Of a DNA stretch of 64,000 bases, positions 1 to 9,680 are shown piece by piece (the stretch's first letter is position 1; each line of letters opens with the position of its first letter). The DNA is from Bacilli bacterium (GTDB lineage Bacteria; Bacillota_I; Bacilli_A; RF39; UBA660): NCBI GenBank assembly GCA_050948885.1, contig JBMNER010000002.1:107344-171343 (forward strand), read 5' to 3'. A model generated the notes under the pieces. The model was not told the DNA's origin, made no database searches, and saw only the letters and a list, made by a program, of their open reading frames with translations. Both the position numbers and the translations under genes were made by a program.

Positions 1-36
1 GGTGGTGGAGGTGGTGGAGGTGGTGGAGGTGGTGGT
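1..36 (+). repeat. Tandem 9-bp repeat (GGTGGTGGA) x4 encoding a poly-glycine run
   Basis: Directly visible at the window start: ggtggtgga repeated four times. It lies inside the partial CDS below. Confidence 0.8.
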
Positions 37-372
37 GAGGTCAGTTATCAAGATACGGGGTTAAAAATATATGAAACTATAAATTTTATAGATTTGGAAA
101 AACATAATAGTGTAAATATAGAATATAGTCTTGGGGATGGTATAAAAAAACAAGCTAGCGGGGTATTGGGCAACGATTTAAGCTCTGTATGCCAATTATA
201 TTTAGCAGCCCTTTTTGGAGAGAAAGTAGATACTGGAGAAATTACATTTATGCTAATTATATCTCCTGATATTGCCGATGGGACAGGACTACACATTGTT
301 ATACCAGAAGCGGAAGTACTTAAATACGAAAACACCCTAGAGTTTAAAGTGTATAAGATCTGGTTTGAATAA
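1..372 (+). CDS. 3' portion of a gene entering from upstream: a 12-residue Gly run (GGGGGGGGGGGGE) followed by a ~110 aa C-terminal domain; hypothetical protein
   Basis: Frame 1 is open from position 1 and continuous with ORF 94..372 (stop at 370-372). The downstream pgk has its own RBS. No family recognised. Confidence 0.45.
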   Translation, partial: GGGGGGGGGGGGEVSYQDTGLKIYETINFIDLEKHNSVNIEYSLGDGIKKQASGVLGNDLSSVCQLYLAALFGEKVDTGEITFMLIISPDIADGTGLHIVIPEAEVLKYENTLEFKVYKIWFE

Positions 373-423
373 ATTTTAAGAACATAATATTATAATAATT
401 TTAATTTAACAAAGGGGAAAACC

Positions 424-1608
424 ATGAAAAAAACCGTTAGGGATTTTGCGTTAGAAGGAAAAAAAGTAATTGTTAGATGTGACTTTAATGTGCCCATTGT
501 TGATGGTAATATTACTGATGATAGTAAAATTAAAGCCAGTTTAGATACCATAAGATATATTATTGATCAACAGGGGAAAGTTATCTTATTATCGCATCTT
601 GGAAGAATTAAGGATGAAATAGACAAACCACATAATACCTTAAGACCAGTGGCTGAGAAGTTATCAGTTTTATTAAACCAAGCGGTTGCGTTTATTCCCG
701 TCACTAAAGGTCCACAAGTAGAATCCGCGATTGCTAATTTAAGTAACGGGGATATTATCCTCATTGAAAACACGAGATATGAAGATATTAATCAAAACAA
801 AGAAAGTAATAATGATTATGAACTTGGCAAATACTGGGCTTCATTAGGTGATATCTTTATTAATGATGCCTTTGGTACTCTTCATCGCGCTCATGCTTCT
901 AATGTTGGTATTGCTAGTAACTTAGTAAGCGGTATTGGTTTTTTAGTGGAAAAGGAACTAAATGTGATGACCCCAATTATTAATAATCCGAAGCGACCTT
1001 TGATAGTAATTTTAGGTGGTAAGAAGGTCAGCGATAAGATTGAGGTAATTGAACATTTGGTTACGATTGCTGATCAAATCATTATTGGTGGGGCGATGTG
1101 TTATACTTTTCTGAAGGCCCAAGGTTATCAGGTGGGATTATCACTAGTCGAAGATAATCAATTGGGTTTTTGTGAGGAAATATTAAAACAATATCAACAA
1201 AAAATAATACTCCCCATTGATATTAATGTGGCTTTAGAATATGCCCCTAATGCGAAAGGCAGAATAGTTAGTATTAATAATATAAATTATAACGAAATGG
1301 GTTTGGATATCGGCCCCCAAACTATTAATTTATATAAAAATGTTTTACGACCAGCTAAAACCGTTATTTGGAATGGTCCAATGGGCGTTTTTGAATTTAA
1401 TTCTTTTAATATTGGTACGAAGAGTTTATGTGATTTTTTATCAAAACAAAAAATAACGGTTCTTATCGGTGGTGGTGATAGTGTTGCTTTTGTTAAAAAG
1501 TTTGGTTATCAAGATAAGTTTACTCACATCTCAACCGGTGGCGGTGCCACTCTTGAATTACTCTCGGGAAAAGATCTACCCGGGATAACAATTATTGATA
1601 GTAAATAA
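424..1608 (+). CDS. pgk: Phosphoglycerate kinase
   Basis: 394 aa with typical PGK N-terminus (VRCDFNVP), hinge and C-terminal motifs (GGGDS, STGGGA). RBS aaagggg upstream. Confidence 0.95.
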   Translation: MKKTVRDFALEGKKVIVRCDFNVPIVDGNITDDSKIKASLDTIRYIIDQQGKVILLSHLGRIKDEIDKPHNTLRPVAEKLSVLLNQAVAFIPVTKGPQVESAIANLSNGDIILIENTRYEDINQNKESNNDYELGKYWASLGDIFINDAFGTLHRAHASNVGIASNLVSGIGFLVEKELNVMTPIINNPKRPLIVILGGKKVSDKIEVIEHLVTIADQIIIGGAMCYTFLKAQGYQVGLSLVEDNQLGFCEEILKQYQQKIILPIDINVALEYAPNAKGRIVSINNINYNEMGLDIGPQTINLYKNVLRPAKTVIWNGPMGVFEFNSFNIGTKSLCDFLSKQKITVLIGGGDSVAFVKKFGYQDKFTHISTGGGATLELLSGKDLPGITIIDSK

Positions 1609-1671
1609 AATCTATAATAAACTCTTGAGCCTTATTATATTATAGGGGGTAAATTACAAGGGAGCGATAAA

Positions 1672-2397
1672 ATGAAAAAGTTAGTAGTGGCTAATTTAAA
1701 AATGAACTTAGGACTAGAGGCGGTTCAAAAATATATCACCACGATTAAAGGGCAAATTACTAATCAACTCTTAGTTATTATTTGCCCCTCTTTTCCTTTT
1801 TTATCATTGTTTAAAAGTGCGGAATATCAGTTAGGATCCCAAAACACTTTTTATAAAAAAGACGGAAATTATACGGGTGAGGTTTCTCCTTCTCAGTTAA
1901 AATCATTAGGAGTAAAATATATTATTGTTGGTCATAGTGAAAGAAGACTTATTTTCCATGAAACTAATAAAATAATTAATCAGAAAGTGGCGGCCGTTTT
2001 AAAAGAAAATCTATATCCTATTCTTTGTGTGGGTGAAAATAAAGAACAGAAATTATTACATAAAACGCCAGTGGTTATTAAAGAACAACTTAACGAAGCT
2101 TTAAAAAAGATTGATCAGGAAATGCTTAATGACGTTATTATTGCTTATGAACCTATTTGGGCGATAGGGACCGGTTTAACACCTACTCCTGGTGAGATTA
2201 ATTCAATGGGTGAATTTATTAAACGAGTTATGAGCTTTGAATACAATGCTAATAACACCAGGGTTTTATATGGCGGTAGTATTAATCAAAATAATATCAA
2301 GAGCATATTCTCATTAGAAAATATTGATGGGGTTTTAATAGGTGGAGCCGCTGTAAATCCTGATTTGTTCATAGAGACTCTAAATAAAATAAGTTAA
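1672..2397 (+). CDS. tpiA: Triosephosphate isomerase
   Basis: 241 aa with conserved motifs VVANLKMN, IIVGHSERR, AYEPIWAIGTG and YGGS. Gene order pgk-tpi as in Firmicutes. Confidence 0.95.
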   Translation: MKKLVVANLKMNLGLEAVQKYITTIKGQITNQLLVIICPSFPFLSLFKSAEYQLGSQNTFYKKDGNYTGEVSPSQLKSLGVKYIIVGHSERRLIFHETNKIINQKVAAVLKENLYPILCVGENKEQKLLHKTPVVIKEQLNEALKKIDQEMLNDVIIAYEPIWAIGTGLTPTPGEINSMGEFIKRVMSFEYNANNTRVLYGGSINQNNIKSIFSLENIDGVLIGGAAVNPDLFIETLNKIS

Positions 2398-2450
2398 ATA
2401 GATAGATAATATTTTTTCTACCCTGATAATATATTTTATCAGGTGAGGAC

Positions 2451-3413
2451 ATGGATTTAATCTTGTTTTTTATTATTGCGGTCATTACTATAATTCTTAG
2501 TATTAAATTATCCCATTATGCCGATATGTTAGACAAGGGGACCAAGGCGAAAGGTTTTTTTATTGGTGGAGTCTTATTGGCTGGCGTTACTAGTTTACCA
2601 GAGTTGGTCACGACTCTTTCTAGTGTTAGTTTAAATAATCCGGCCTTAGCAATTGGGGATATTATTGGGAGTATAATATATAACTTTATCATTATTGTGG
2701 TCCTTGACTTAATCTTTATACGAAAAAGGTTTATGAATAAAGTCTCTGATAAGTATGTGATTGTTCATTTAATTTTAATTTACATCTTTGTGATTTTAAT
2801 CGCCTATTTTAAAGGCGAATTAATCGGTGGTATATATAATATTGGCCTTCCGACCATCATAATAATTATTTGCTATCTAATTTATCTATTGGTGGTCTCT
2901 CGAACAAAACTATCTACTTCTAAACCAAAAACTTCTAATAATAAACCAGCCATAATAATAAAATTCACTCTTACCTCAATATTAATGGTTATTGTAAGTA
3001 TCCTTTTAACGATTAATGTTAACCAGATATCTATTATTTACTCTAATTTCTCCGCCAGCGTTATTGGGGCTTTTTTACTTGGGATTACCACAAGCCTCCC
3101 CGAGACCGTGTCCGCATATGTCTTAATTCGGATGGGTAGTTATAATTTGGGTTATTCTAACATTGTGGGAAGTAATATGGTCGATTTTTTAATTATCGCC
3201 TTAGCCGATTTTTTTGTGCCAAGTAAAATAATTTATGATTTTTATGATCAGGATACATTACTACTAACATACCTTGGTTTAGCGTTCTGTATTATTTTAA
3301 TCTATCCAATCATTAGGCAACGGAGCAACTTTAAGATAACTTATCTTATACCGTCACTGGTAATTTTGCTTATTTATTTAATGTTTTGGTTTTATTTATT
3401 ACTAGGAAATTAA
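2451..3413 (+). CDS. Ca2+/cation antiporter (CaCA / Na-Ca exchanger family) membrane protein
   Basis: 320 aa polytopic protein carrying two alpha-repeat motifs, G(V/T)TSLPE(L/T)V. Assigned to the family by established knowledge. Confidence 0.7.
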   Translation: MDLILFFIIAVITIILSIKLSHYADMLDKGTKAKGFFIGGVLLAGVTSLPELVTTLSSVSLNNPALAIGDIIGSIIYNFIIIVVLDLIFIRKRFMNKVSDKYVIVHLILIYIFVILIAYFKGELIGGIYNIGLPTIIIIICYLIYLLVVSRTKLSTSKPKTSNNKPAIIIKFTLTSILMVIVSILLTINVNQISIIYSNFSASVIGAFLLGITTSLPETVSAYVLIRMGSYNLGYSNIVGSNMVDFLIIALADFFVPSKIIYDFYDQDTLLLTYLGLAFCIILIYPIIRQRSNFKITYLIPSLVILLIYLMFWFYLLLGN

Positions 3414-3498
3414 TAATATAAATGAGAGCATTTTAATTGGTTTTATGTTTGCAAATAAACTAATTATATGATAAATTAAATAACAGGGAAGTGAGAAT

Positions 3499-3711
3499 GT
3501 GGAAACCATTTTATTAATTGTGGCTCTTTTATTAATTGCCATTGTCCTTTTACAAAGTGGGAAAGCCGAAAGCGCCTCACAAGTAATCCAGGGCGGTAAT
3601 GCTGACCTTTTTAGTCAACGTAAAGAAAGAGGATTAGAATTATTAATAAGTAGAATAACTATGATATTAGGCGCCTTATTTTTTATTTTATCCTTAATTC
3701 TATCACTCTAA
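3499..3711 (+). CDS. secG: Preprotein translocase subunit SecG (GTG start)
   Basis: 70 aa with two TM segments around a central Gly-rich hydrophilic loop (QSGKAESASQVIQGGNADLFS). Conserved position upstream of rnr-smpB. Confidence 0.7.
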   Translation: METILLIVALLLIAIVLLQSGKAESASQVIQGGNADLFSQRKERGLELLISRITMILGALFFILSLILSL

Positions 3712-3771
3712 AATATAAGGCTTATCAAAGCTTTTTTCTTTTATTAGTAGTTTAAAAAAGCAGGTGTAAAT

Positions 3772-5865
3772 ATGAAAGAAAGCATACTAACGATTTTAAA
3801 AGAATCTAATCAAGCTTTAAGTATTAAAGAATTGAATAGTTTATTATTATTAACAACTAAGGAAGAACATCAACATTTGCTTGAAACAATGAAGTCTTTA
3901 GAAGAAGAGTTTTTAATTTATCGTACTCATCATCAGCGCTATCTTCATTTTGTTAATAGTCCTTTAAAACAGGGCCGCCTTATTATCAATAAGAAGGGCT
4001 TTGGCTTTGTAGCTGTTGATAATGAAGATGACATTTATATTAGGGCGGATAATTTAAATAAGGCTATTCATAATGATTTGGTTATTATTAAAATAATTAG
4101 TAAGCCAGGTATTGCTAAACAGGAAGGACGCATCGTAAAGATTCTCAAGCGGGAACTAGATAATTTAATTGGCGAAGTTATAGGGCGTAAAAATAAATGG
4201 TACCTAAAACTAGATGACGACCGGATAAAACTCAAAATAGTTATCGCGCCTGATAAACTTAATGGGGCTGTTGCCGGTCACAAAGTAATCTTAAAAGTTA
4301 TTGCCGAACTAGGTCTTAATAAATATAAGGGTGAGGTTATCAAAATACTTGGGCATAAGAATGATCCTGGTATTGATATATTAACGATTCTTCATAAGTA
4401 TCATTTTGATAATACTTTTAATCCTAATTTAATGCTTGAAGTGGAAAAAGTACCAAATAAAATAAGTACTCTTGATATTAAAGGAAGAAGAGATTTACGA
4501 CATAATATGATTTTTACTATTGATGATGCTGACGCGAAAGATTTAGATGATGCTGTTTCCCTTAAAAGATTAGCTAATGGTCATTATTTATTAGGTATTC
4601 ATATCGCTGATGTTAGTTATTATCTTTCTGAGGAGAGCCTAATTAATCAAGAAGCCAAACAAAGGGGTACCAGTGTTTATTTAGTTGACTCGGTTGTTCC
4701 CATGTTACCTCACCAATTATCTAATGGTATTTGTTCCTTAAATGAAGGCGTTGATCGTTTAACCATCACCTGTGAGGTGGAAATAGATAGTCGTGGTCAG
4801 GTTATCAAATATGACCTTTATGAAAGCGTTATCAATTCAAAAAAGAAAATGACCTATCAAAAAGTAAATCAAATATTAGAGCATAATTTAAACGCGCCAG
4901 GGTATGAACCGTTTTATCAAGTGCTTAGTGATATGCAAGAGTTATCTGATATATTAACTCGCACGAAAGAGAAGCGCGGTTATCTTGATTTTGCCTTAGA
5001 CGAAGCCAAAATAATAGTTGATAATAATGGAAAACCGCTGGATATTAAGCTAAGGGAAAGAGGCGTTGGTCAAAAGATAATTGAAGATTTTATGATTATA
5101 GCCAATGAAACAGTGGCTCATCATATTAATCACTTAAACCTACCCTTTGTTTATCGTATCCACGAATATCCAGAAGAAGAGAAAATCCGTTCCTTTTTAA
5201 AATTTCTTACTATATTAGGGTATAATATTAAAGGTAGACCTAAGGATTTACATCCTAAAGCCATTCAAAACATCTTAAATAATCTAAAAGATAAAAAAGA
5301 ATTTAAGATATTATCTAGCTTATTACTAAGGGCCATGAAAAAAGCTATTTATGCCCCAAATAATGTCGGGCATTATGGACTGGCTAGTCGCTGTTATACT
5401 CATTTTACAGCCCCTATCAGAAGGTACCCAGATCTTATAGTTCACCGTTTACTACGAACATATATATTTAATCAGAATATTAATAATAAGACCGTGGATG
5501 AGTGGCTGTTAAAACTAGGCCCCTTATGTGAGCACTCTTCCTTAAAGGAAAGAGAAGCCATTGACTGTGAAAGAGAAGTAATGGATATGAAAATGGCTGA
5601 ATATATGCTAGACCATATCGGCAAAGAATATACCGGCATCATATCTTCAGTCATGAAATTTGGTTTATTTGTTGAGCTTGATAACCTGGTTGAAGGATTA
5701 ATTCATATTACTGATATAAAGGATGATTATTATTTATATGATGAAACAACCCTTAGCTTAGTTGGCAAAAGAACTAATAAACGTTATCGAATAGGTGATA
5801 TCATAAATATAAAAGTGAAGAGTGCTTCTAAGGAAGCCAAAAGCATTGATTTTGAATTAGCATGA
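3772..5865 (+). CDS. rnr: Ribonuclease R (RNase II/VacB family, C-terminal S1 domain)
   Basis: 697 aa. RNB catalytic motifs (DDADAKDLDDAVS, HFTAPIRRYPDLIVHR) and a C-terminal S1-like segment. Synteny secG-rnr-smpB. Confidence 0.9.
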   Translation: MKESILTILKESNQALSIKELNSLLLLTTKEEHQHLLETMKSLEEEFLIYRTHHQRYLHFVNSPLKQGRLIINKKGFGFVAVDNEDDIYIRADNLNKAIHNDLVIIKIISKPGIAKQEGRIVKILKRELDNLIGEVIGRKNKWYLKLDDDRIKLKIVIAPDKLNGAVAGHKVILKVIAELGLNKYKGEVIKILGHKNDPGIDILTILHKYHFDNTFNPNLMLEVEKVPNKISTLDIKGRRDLRHNMIFTIDDADAKDLDDAVSLKRLANGHYLLGIHIADVSYYLSEESLINQEAKQRGTSVYLVDSVVPMLPHQLSNGICSLNEGVDRLTITCEVEIDSRGQVIKYDLYESVINSKKKMTYQKVNQILEHNLNAPGYEPFYQVLSDMQELSDILTRTKEKRGYLDFALDEAKIIVDNNGKPLDIKLRERGVGQKIIEDFMIIANETVAHHINHLNLPFVYRIHEYPEEEKIRSFLKFLTILGYNIKGRPKDLHPKAIQNILNNLKDKKEFKILSSLLLRAMKKAIYAPNNVGHYGLASRCYTHFTAPIRRYPDLIVHRLLRTYIFNQNINNKTVDEWLLKLGPLCEHSSLKEREAIDCEREVMDMKMAEYMLDHIGKEYTGIISSVMKFGLFVELDNLVEGLIHITDIKDDYYLYDETTLSLVGKRTNKRYRIGDIINIKVKSASKEAKSIDFELA

Positions 5866-5879
5866 AAGGAGCTTAAATA

Positions 5880-6032
5880 GTGCCCGCAAAGAAAACAACT
5901 ACTTTAGTAACGATTTTAATAATACTATCAATTGGTTTACTATTATGTATAATATATATTAATAAGGATTTACATCAAAAAGAACAAGCTGATCAATTAA
6001 AGAAAACAACTGTAATTAATTTTAAAGTATAA
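5880..6032 (+). CDS. Small (50 aa) single-TM membrane protein, not in the ORF track
   Basis: GTG start 8 nt after a strong RBS (aaaggagc). One hydrophobic helix ([19 protein letters not shown]) then a charged tail. Sits between rnr and smpB. Confidence 0.4.
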   Translation: MPAKKTTTLVTILIILSIGLLLCIIYINKDLHQKEQADQLKKTTVINFKV

Positions 6033-6063
6033 ATTAATAATAAAAGATCCAAGGGGTGAAAAA

Positions 6064-6513
6064 ATGACCCAAGAAATAATAAACCGGAAAGCCAAATATG
6101 ACTATTTTATTGAGGAAACACATGAAGCTGGTATTGTTTTAAAAGGGACTGAGATTAAATCAATTAGAAATGGCAGGGCTAATTTTAACGATGCCTATGC
6201 GATAATTCAAAATCAGGAACTATATCTTCTAAATATGTTTATTGCCCCTTACCATCAAGGTAATTTATTTAATCATGATGAGCGTCGGACCCGAAAATTA
6301 TTAATGCATAAAAAGGAAATAATTAAATTAGAAAACAAGTTGCGTTTAACTGGTTATACTTTAGTACCCTTAAAATTATATTTTAAGAATAACAAAGCTA
6401 AAATATTACTTGGATTAGGGAAAGGCAAAAAAAGTTATGATAAGAGAGAGATAATAAAGAAAAGAGATCAAGAAAGAGAAATAAGAAAGGAAACTAAATA
6501 TAATTTGCGGTAG
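6064..6513 (+). CDS. smpB: SsrA-binding protein SmpB
   Basis: 149 aa with SmpB signature ([19 protein letters not shown] ... [15 protein letters not shown]) and a basic C-terminal tail. Confidence 0.95.
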   Translation: MTQEIINRKAKYDYFIEETHEAGIVLKGTEIKSIRNGRANFNDAYAIIQNQELYLLNMFIAPYHQGNLFNHDERRTRKLLMHKKEIIKLENKLRLTGYTLVPLKLYFKNNKAKILLGLGKGKKSYDKREIIKKRDQEREIRKETKYNLR

Positions 6514-6534
6514 TTCATTGTATAATAAAAGCGT

Positions 6535-6562
6535 TTACAACGTATTAATTATATGATATAAT
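6535..6562 (+). promoter_or_regulatory. Sigma-A type promoter for ssrA (-35 ttacaa, 16-17 nt spacer, -10 tataat)
   Basis: ttacaacgtattaattatatgatataat lies immediately upstream of the tmRNA 5' end GGGG at 6574. Confidence 0.5.
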
Positions 6563-6573
6563 CTTCAACACAT

Positions 6574-6913
6574 GGGGCTGACTTGGCTTCGACGGGAACA
6601 ATAGATTTTAAATGGCAAGTCGTAGACATACGTTAAATGTAATCAGTAAATAACTGCAGATAATCAATTTGCATTTGCTGCTTAATTAATTAGTGGCAAG
6701 CTTCTCCTTCCTTTGTCCATTGGGGAAGATAGAGGCTCATATTAATGGACTATATTATGTTTATGTTTAGGAAATATAACGAACCAATACTAAACTAGCT
6801 ATTAAGTAATTTTGTTAGTTAATGCTTAATAGTAAAGTAATAACTAACTAAACTTGTAGAAGTTTAAATATTTATATTTTCGGACATGGGTTCAATTCCC
6901 ATCAGCTCCACCA
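6574..6913 (+). ncRNA. ssrA: tmRNA (SsrA), about 340 nt, predicted tag ending ...ADNQFAFAA
   Basis: 5' end GGGGCTGACTTGGCTTCGACGGG. Tag reading frame gcagataatcaatttgcatttgctgcttaa. tRNA-like 3' end GGACATGGGTTCAATTCCCATCAGCTCCACCA. Directly downstream of smpB. Confidence 0.9.
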
Positions 6914-7015
6914 TATAAGGATTATACGAACACAACCACTTGTTGTGGGCGAATTTATAGTAGAAGTACCTTTAGTAGGTGCTTTTTTGTAAAAAAAAAG
7001 AAGACTAGTTAATTT

Positions 7016-8098
7016 CTATATCTTCCATAACTTTTTTTGTTCGTTTGGATTAAAGTCAAAATCAAAGTAAGAGTATTTTGTTGTTTCAAAACTTAAATAA
7101 TTATCGATATCCTTTTTTGCTGATCGTGATAGATTATAAACTCTCTCAGCATTCTCCCCGTTTTGTACTAAAGGAATTATGTACCGTCTTTTTGCTTTAA
7201 TACTAACACAATGTTTATCCTTAACAAACACATGACTATCAAAAACTTGAGTCGCTTCTTGAAACATTTTAAAAGTTTCACTTAAATAATTATCCTTGCA
7301 ATTTCTTATTCTATTAATTATTTCTTCTTCTGATAATGTATATAAGTCTTCAAGTGTAATAAACTTTCTGTCATACATAGCCTTTACCATATCAGCTAAA
7401 AATTGCATAGTTGTTTTCTCGGCATTTGTAATCCAAGTAGGCCATAACTTTGAAACAATAGAAATATATTTTTCGCATACCGACAAATCTTTAAATGCTA
7501 ATTCATTAATGCCATTTTCATTTTTTACTATAGTTATATTGTTATAGCATTCCTTAATATCATCTAAGTTCCAAACCCTATGAAAAATTAACCCTGTTGA
7601 AAAATTATATTCAAACCGATCAGCTGATAATTGAGGTGTATCATTATCAGCTATCGGATATAACTTATAATCATTTACTTCGTCTAAAGTAATGTTGTCT
7701 CTTTTCAAAAGAGCCATTATTTGTTTAGAGTTTTCTATTATTTCTGTAGTTTTTTCTTCTGTACTTTCTTGCCTTTCGTGGTCGCCATTTAAAAAATCAA
7801 TAACATGTTTAAATACTGGTGCAGCAATATCATGCAATAAACCGGCTATAGTTTGCTTTTTATCGTGAGTAAAGTTCCATATAATCAAAGCAACGCCTAC
7901 ACTGTGGTCTAAATTAGAATACCAGTATCTAGTATTAAATACATTTGTGTAGTCTTTTCCGCATCCTAACGCTATTTTGCTTATTCTTTCCATTTCTGGC
8001 GTTTCAATATATTCTAGTAACCACTCAGGGAACTCATTTGATAATATTCTAAAATATTCTCTAACTTCATCATTTAAATTTTCTAAATATTTTGACAT
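7016..8098 (-). CDS. HD-domain metal-dependent phosphohydrolase (soluble, ~360 aa)
   Basis: H...HD motif (LDHSVGVA ... GLLHDIAAPVFKH). Start moved to the internal ATG at 8098, which has a GGTGG RBS; the longer TTG start at 8137 would fall inside an extended -10 (tggtataat). Confidence 0.65.
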   Translation of the reverse strand: MSKYLENLNDEVREYFRILSNEFPEWLLEYIETPEMERISKIALGCGKDYTNVFNTRYWYSNLDHSVGVALIIWNFTHDKKQTIAGLLHDIAAPVFKHVIDFLNGDHERQESTEEKTTEIIENSKQIMALLKRDNITLDEVNDYKLYPIADNDTPQLSADRFEYNFSTGLIFHRVWNLDDIKECYNNITIVKNENGINELAFKDLSVCEKYISIVSKLWPTWITNAEKTTMQFLADMVKAMYDRKFITLEDLYTLSEEEIINRIRNCKDNYLSETFKMFQEATQVFDSHVFVKDKHCVSIKAKRRYIIPLVQNGENAERVYNLSRSAKKDIDNYLSFETTKYSYFDFDFNPNEQKKLWKI

Positions 8099-8142
8099 AT
8101 ACAAAACCACCAATAAAACTATTATACCATTAAACAAATAGA

Positions 8143-9311
8143 TTTTGACAAAATTAAAAGAAAATCTTGTAATGTTACAATTGATGTGAGACCGATAAAT
8201 ATATTCAAAAGCGATTTAATACCTTATAATGTTAATTGATAAAAACATTTAGAAAGGAATAAATCGCTATGATAAGTATATCACACTCACAACGATATTA
8301 TCCACATGAATTACACACAAAATATCACGCTGTTAATTTATATCGCCAGGTTAGATCAATTTCTTTTGTCTGCCGAAGATATAAAATTAGTAAAGCTTCT
8401 TTAATGCGCTGGAATAAGAAATTTGATGGGAATAAAAAATCTTTAATTGATAAGTCTCACAAGCCCCTAACTCCTCATCCTAATTCTCATACCGAAGAAG
8501 AATTAACATGGATTAGAAATTATATTAGAAGAAATCCCAATATTTCAATGATTGAACTGTATGGTAAATTAAGAATTGATAAGGGTTACTCTAGACATGC
8601 CTGTTCCTTATTTAGAATTCTAAGAAAAATGGGTTATGTGAAACAACGGCAGCATAATTATAAAAAGTATGTTCCTAAACCCTATGATACTCCTAAAGAT
8701 TTAGGTGTGAAATGGCAAATGGATGTTAAATATATCTCTAAACGTTGTTATACTGGCAAAATCCCAGATAAATTTTATCAATATACTATTATTGATGAGG
8801 CTTCTAGAGAAAGATTTATTTACCCATATAAGGAACAATCTTCTTACACTACTATTGATTTTGTTAAAAGAGCTATTGTTTACTTTGGTTACTCACCAAA
8901 GATAATCCAAACTGATAATGGTCAAGAATTTACTCATCTAAAGATGACAAATAGAATTCATCCATTTACTACATTATGTAAAAACTTAAATATCAAACAT
9001 CAACTTATCAGACCTAGAACACCTAGACATAATGGTAAGGTGGAAAGATCTCATCGGAATGATAACGAAAGATTTTATAAATACTTATCATTCTACTCAT
9101 ATGATGATTTATTATTACAGATGAAAAGATATTTAAGAAGGTCTAATAACATTCCGATGCAAACTCTAAATTGGTTATCACCCCTCCAAATGAGACATAA
9201 ATTAATTAATAATAATTAACATTTATAATATATCATTTTGCTTCATTTTTTATCACTTTTTAGTCTCACATCATTTACAAACGTACATTTTGACAAAATT
9301 AAAAGAAAATC
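8143..9311 (+). mobile_element. Insertion sequence (about 1.12 kb): 24-bp direct repeat, 26-bp inverted repeat starting TGTA, DDE transposase, inverted repeat, 24-bp direct repeat
   Basis: Direct repeats ttttgacaaaattaaaagaaaatc at 8143-8166 and 9288-9311. Left IR tgtaatgttacaattgatgtgagacc at 8168-8193. Right IR reads inward as tgtacgtttgtaaatgatgtgagact (9262-9287). About 18 of 25 positions match, with a shared core tgatgtgagac. Confidence 0.7.
8269..9219 (+). CDS. IS transposase with N-terminal HTH and rve/DDE integrase core (IS481/IS3-like)
   Basis: 316 aa containing WQMDVKYI, IQTDNGQEFT and other conserved rve-core residues. Lies between the inverted repeats. Confidence 0.85.
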   Translation: MISISHSQRYYPHELHTKYHAVNLYRQVRSISFVCRRYKISKASLMRWNKKFDGNKKSLIDKSHKPLTPHPNSHTEEELTWIRNYIRRNPNISMIELYGKLRIDKGYSRHACSLFRILRKMGYVKQRQHNYKKYVPKPYDTPKDLGVKWQMDVKYISKRCYTGKIPDKFYQYTIIDEASRERFIYPYKEQSSYTTIDFVKRAIVYFGYSPKIIQTDNGQEFTHLKMTNRIHPFTTLCKNLNIKHQLIRPRTPRHNGKVERSHRNDNERFYKYLSFYSYDDLLLQMKRYLRRSNNIPMQTLNWLSPLQMRHKLINNN

Positions 9312-9596
9312 ATTTCTTTTTCTTCAAAAAACTTGCTTTTACAAGTAAGTCAAACCTACTTTATGACCTTTTGTAATATTATTGTTTTACTTTTAGATAA
9401 ATATAATAATAATAATCTATTTCTAAGAAAGAATGATGAACCTACAATTTTGAAACAAAAAATAAGGGAAACTGAACAACTAATTAGAACTTATAAATAT
9501 AAAAGGTAAAATAAAAAATATAGGTAATTTTTATATTCTTATATAGTTTTAATTTTAAATTTAGGTTATATATGGATATTTTTTTGAATTATATCA

Positions 9597-9680
9597 TCTG
9601 GAACAGTACTAAAGCGGTTGAGGGGACGCTCCAACCAAGGGCGTAGGGCGGGTAACTAATATGATAGTTGTTCCGTCACA
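9597..9680 (+). ncRNA. Candidate small structured RNA / cis-regulatory element (GC-rich island in AT-rich intergenic DNA)
   Basis: ggaacag...(c)tgttcc closing helix around gaggggacgctccaaccaagggcgtagggcggg. Local GC far above the ~20% GC neighbourhood. No recognisable Rfam family by eye. Confidence 0.25.

Noticed and set aside
48-335. 95-aa minus-strand ORF antisense to the Gly-rich partial CDS
   Set aside because: It overlaps completely with the plus-strand frame that is continuous from upstream and has the Gly-repeat. It has no RBS and looks like an antisense artefact.
8723-8905. Small ORFs nested in or antisense to longer genes (8723-8905, 567-773, 5472-5654, 7296-7547, 10206-10403, 13884-14147, 17987-18208, 24609-25208, 27745-28092, 29469-29738, 33318-33509, 35387-35575, 36638-36820, 38787-38981, 40900-41238, 43226-43450, 45074-46289, 47164-47367, 48364-48561, 49875-50087, 52310-52670, 57275-58338, 59748-59978, 61844-62077, 63472-63672)
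   Set aside because: Each lies inside a longer ORF with clear homology-type motifs, RBS and operon context. The low-complexity AT-rich composition generates such frames by chance.
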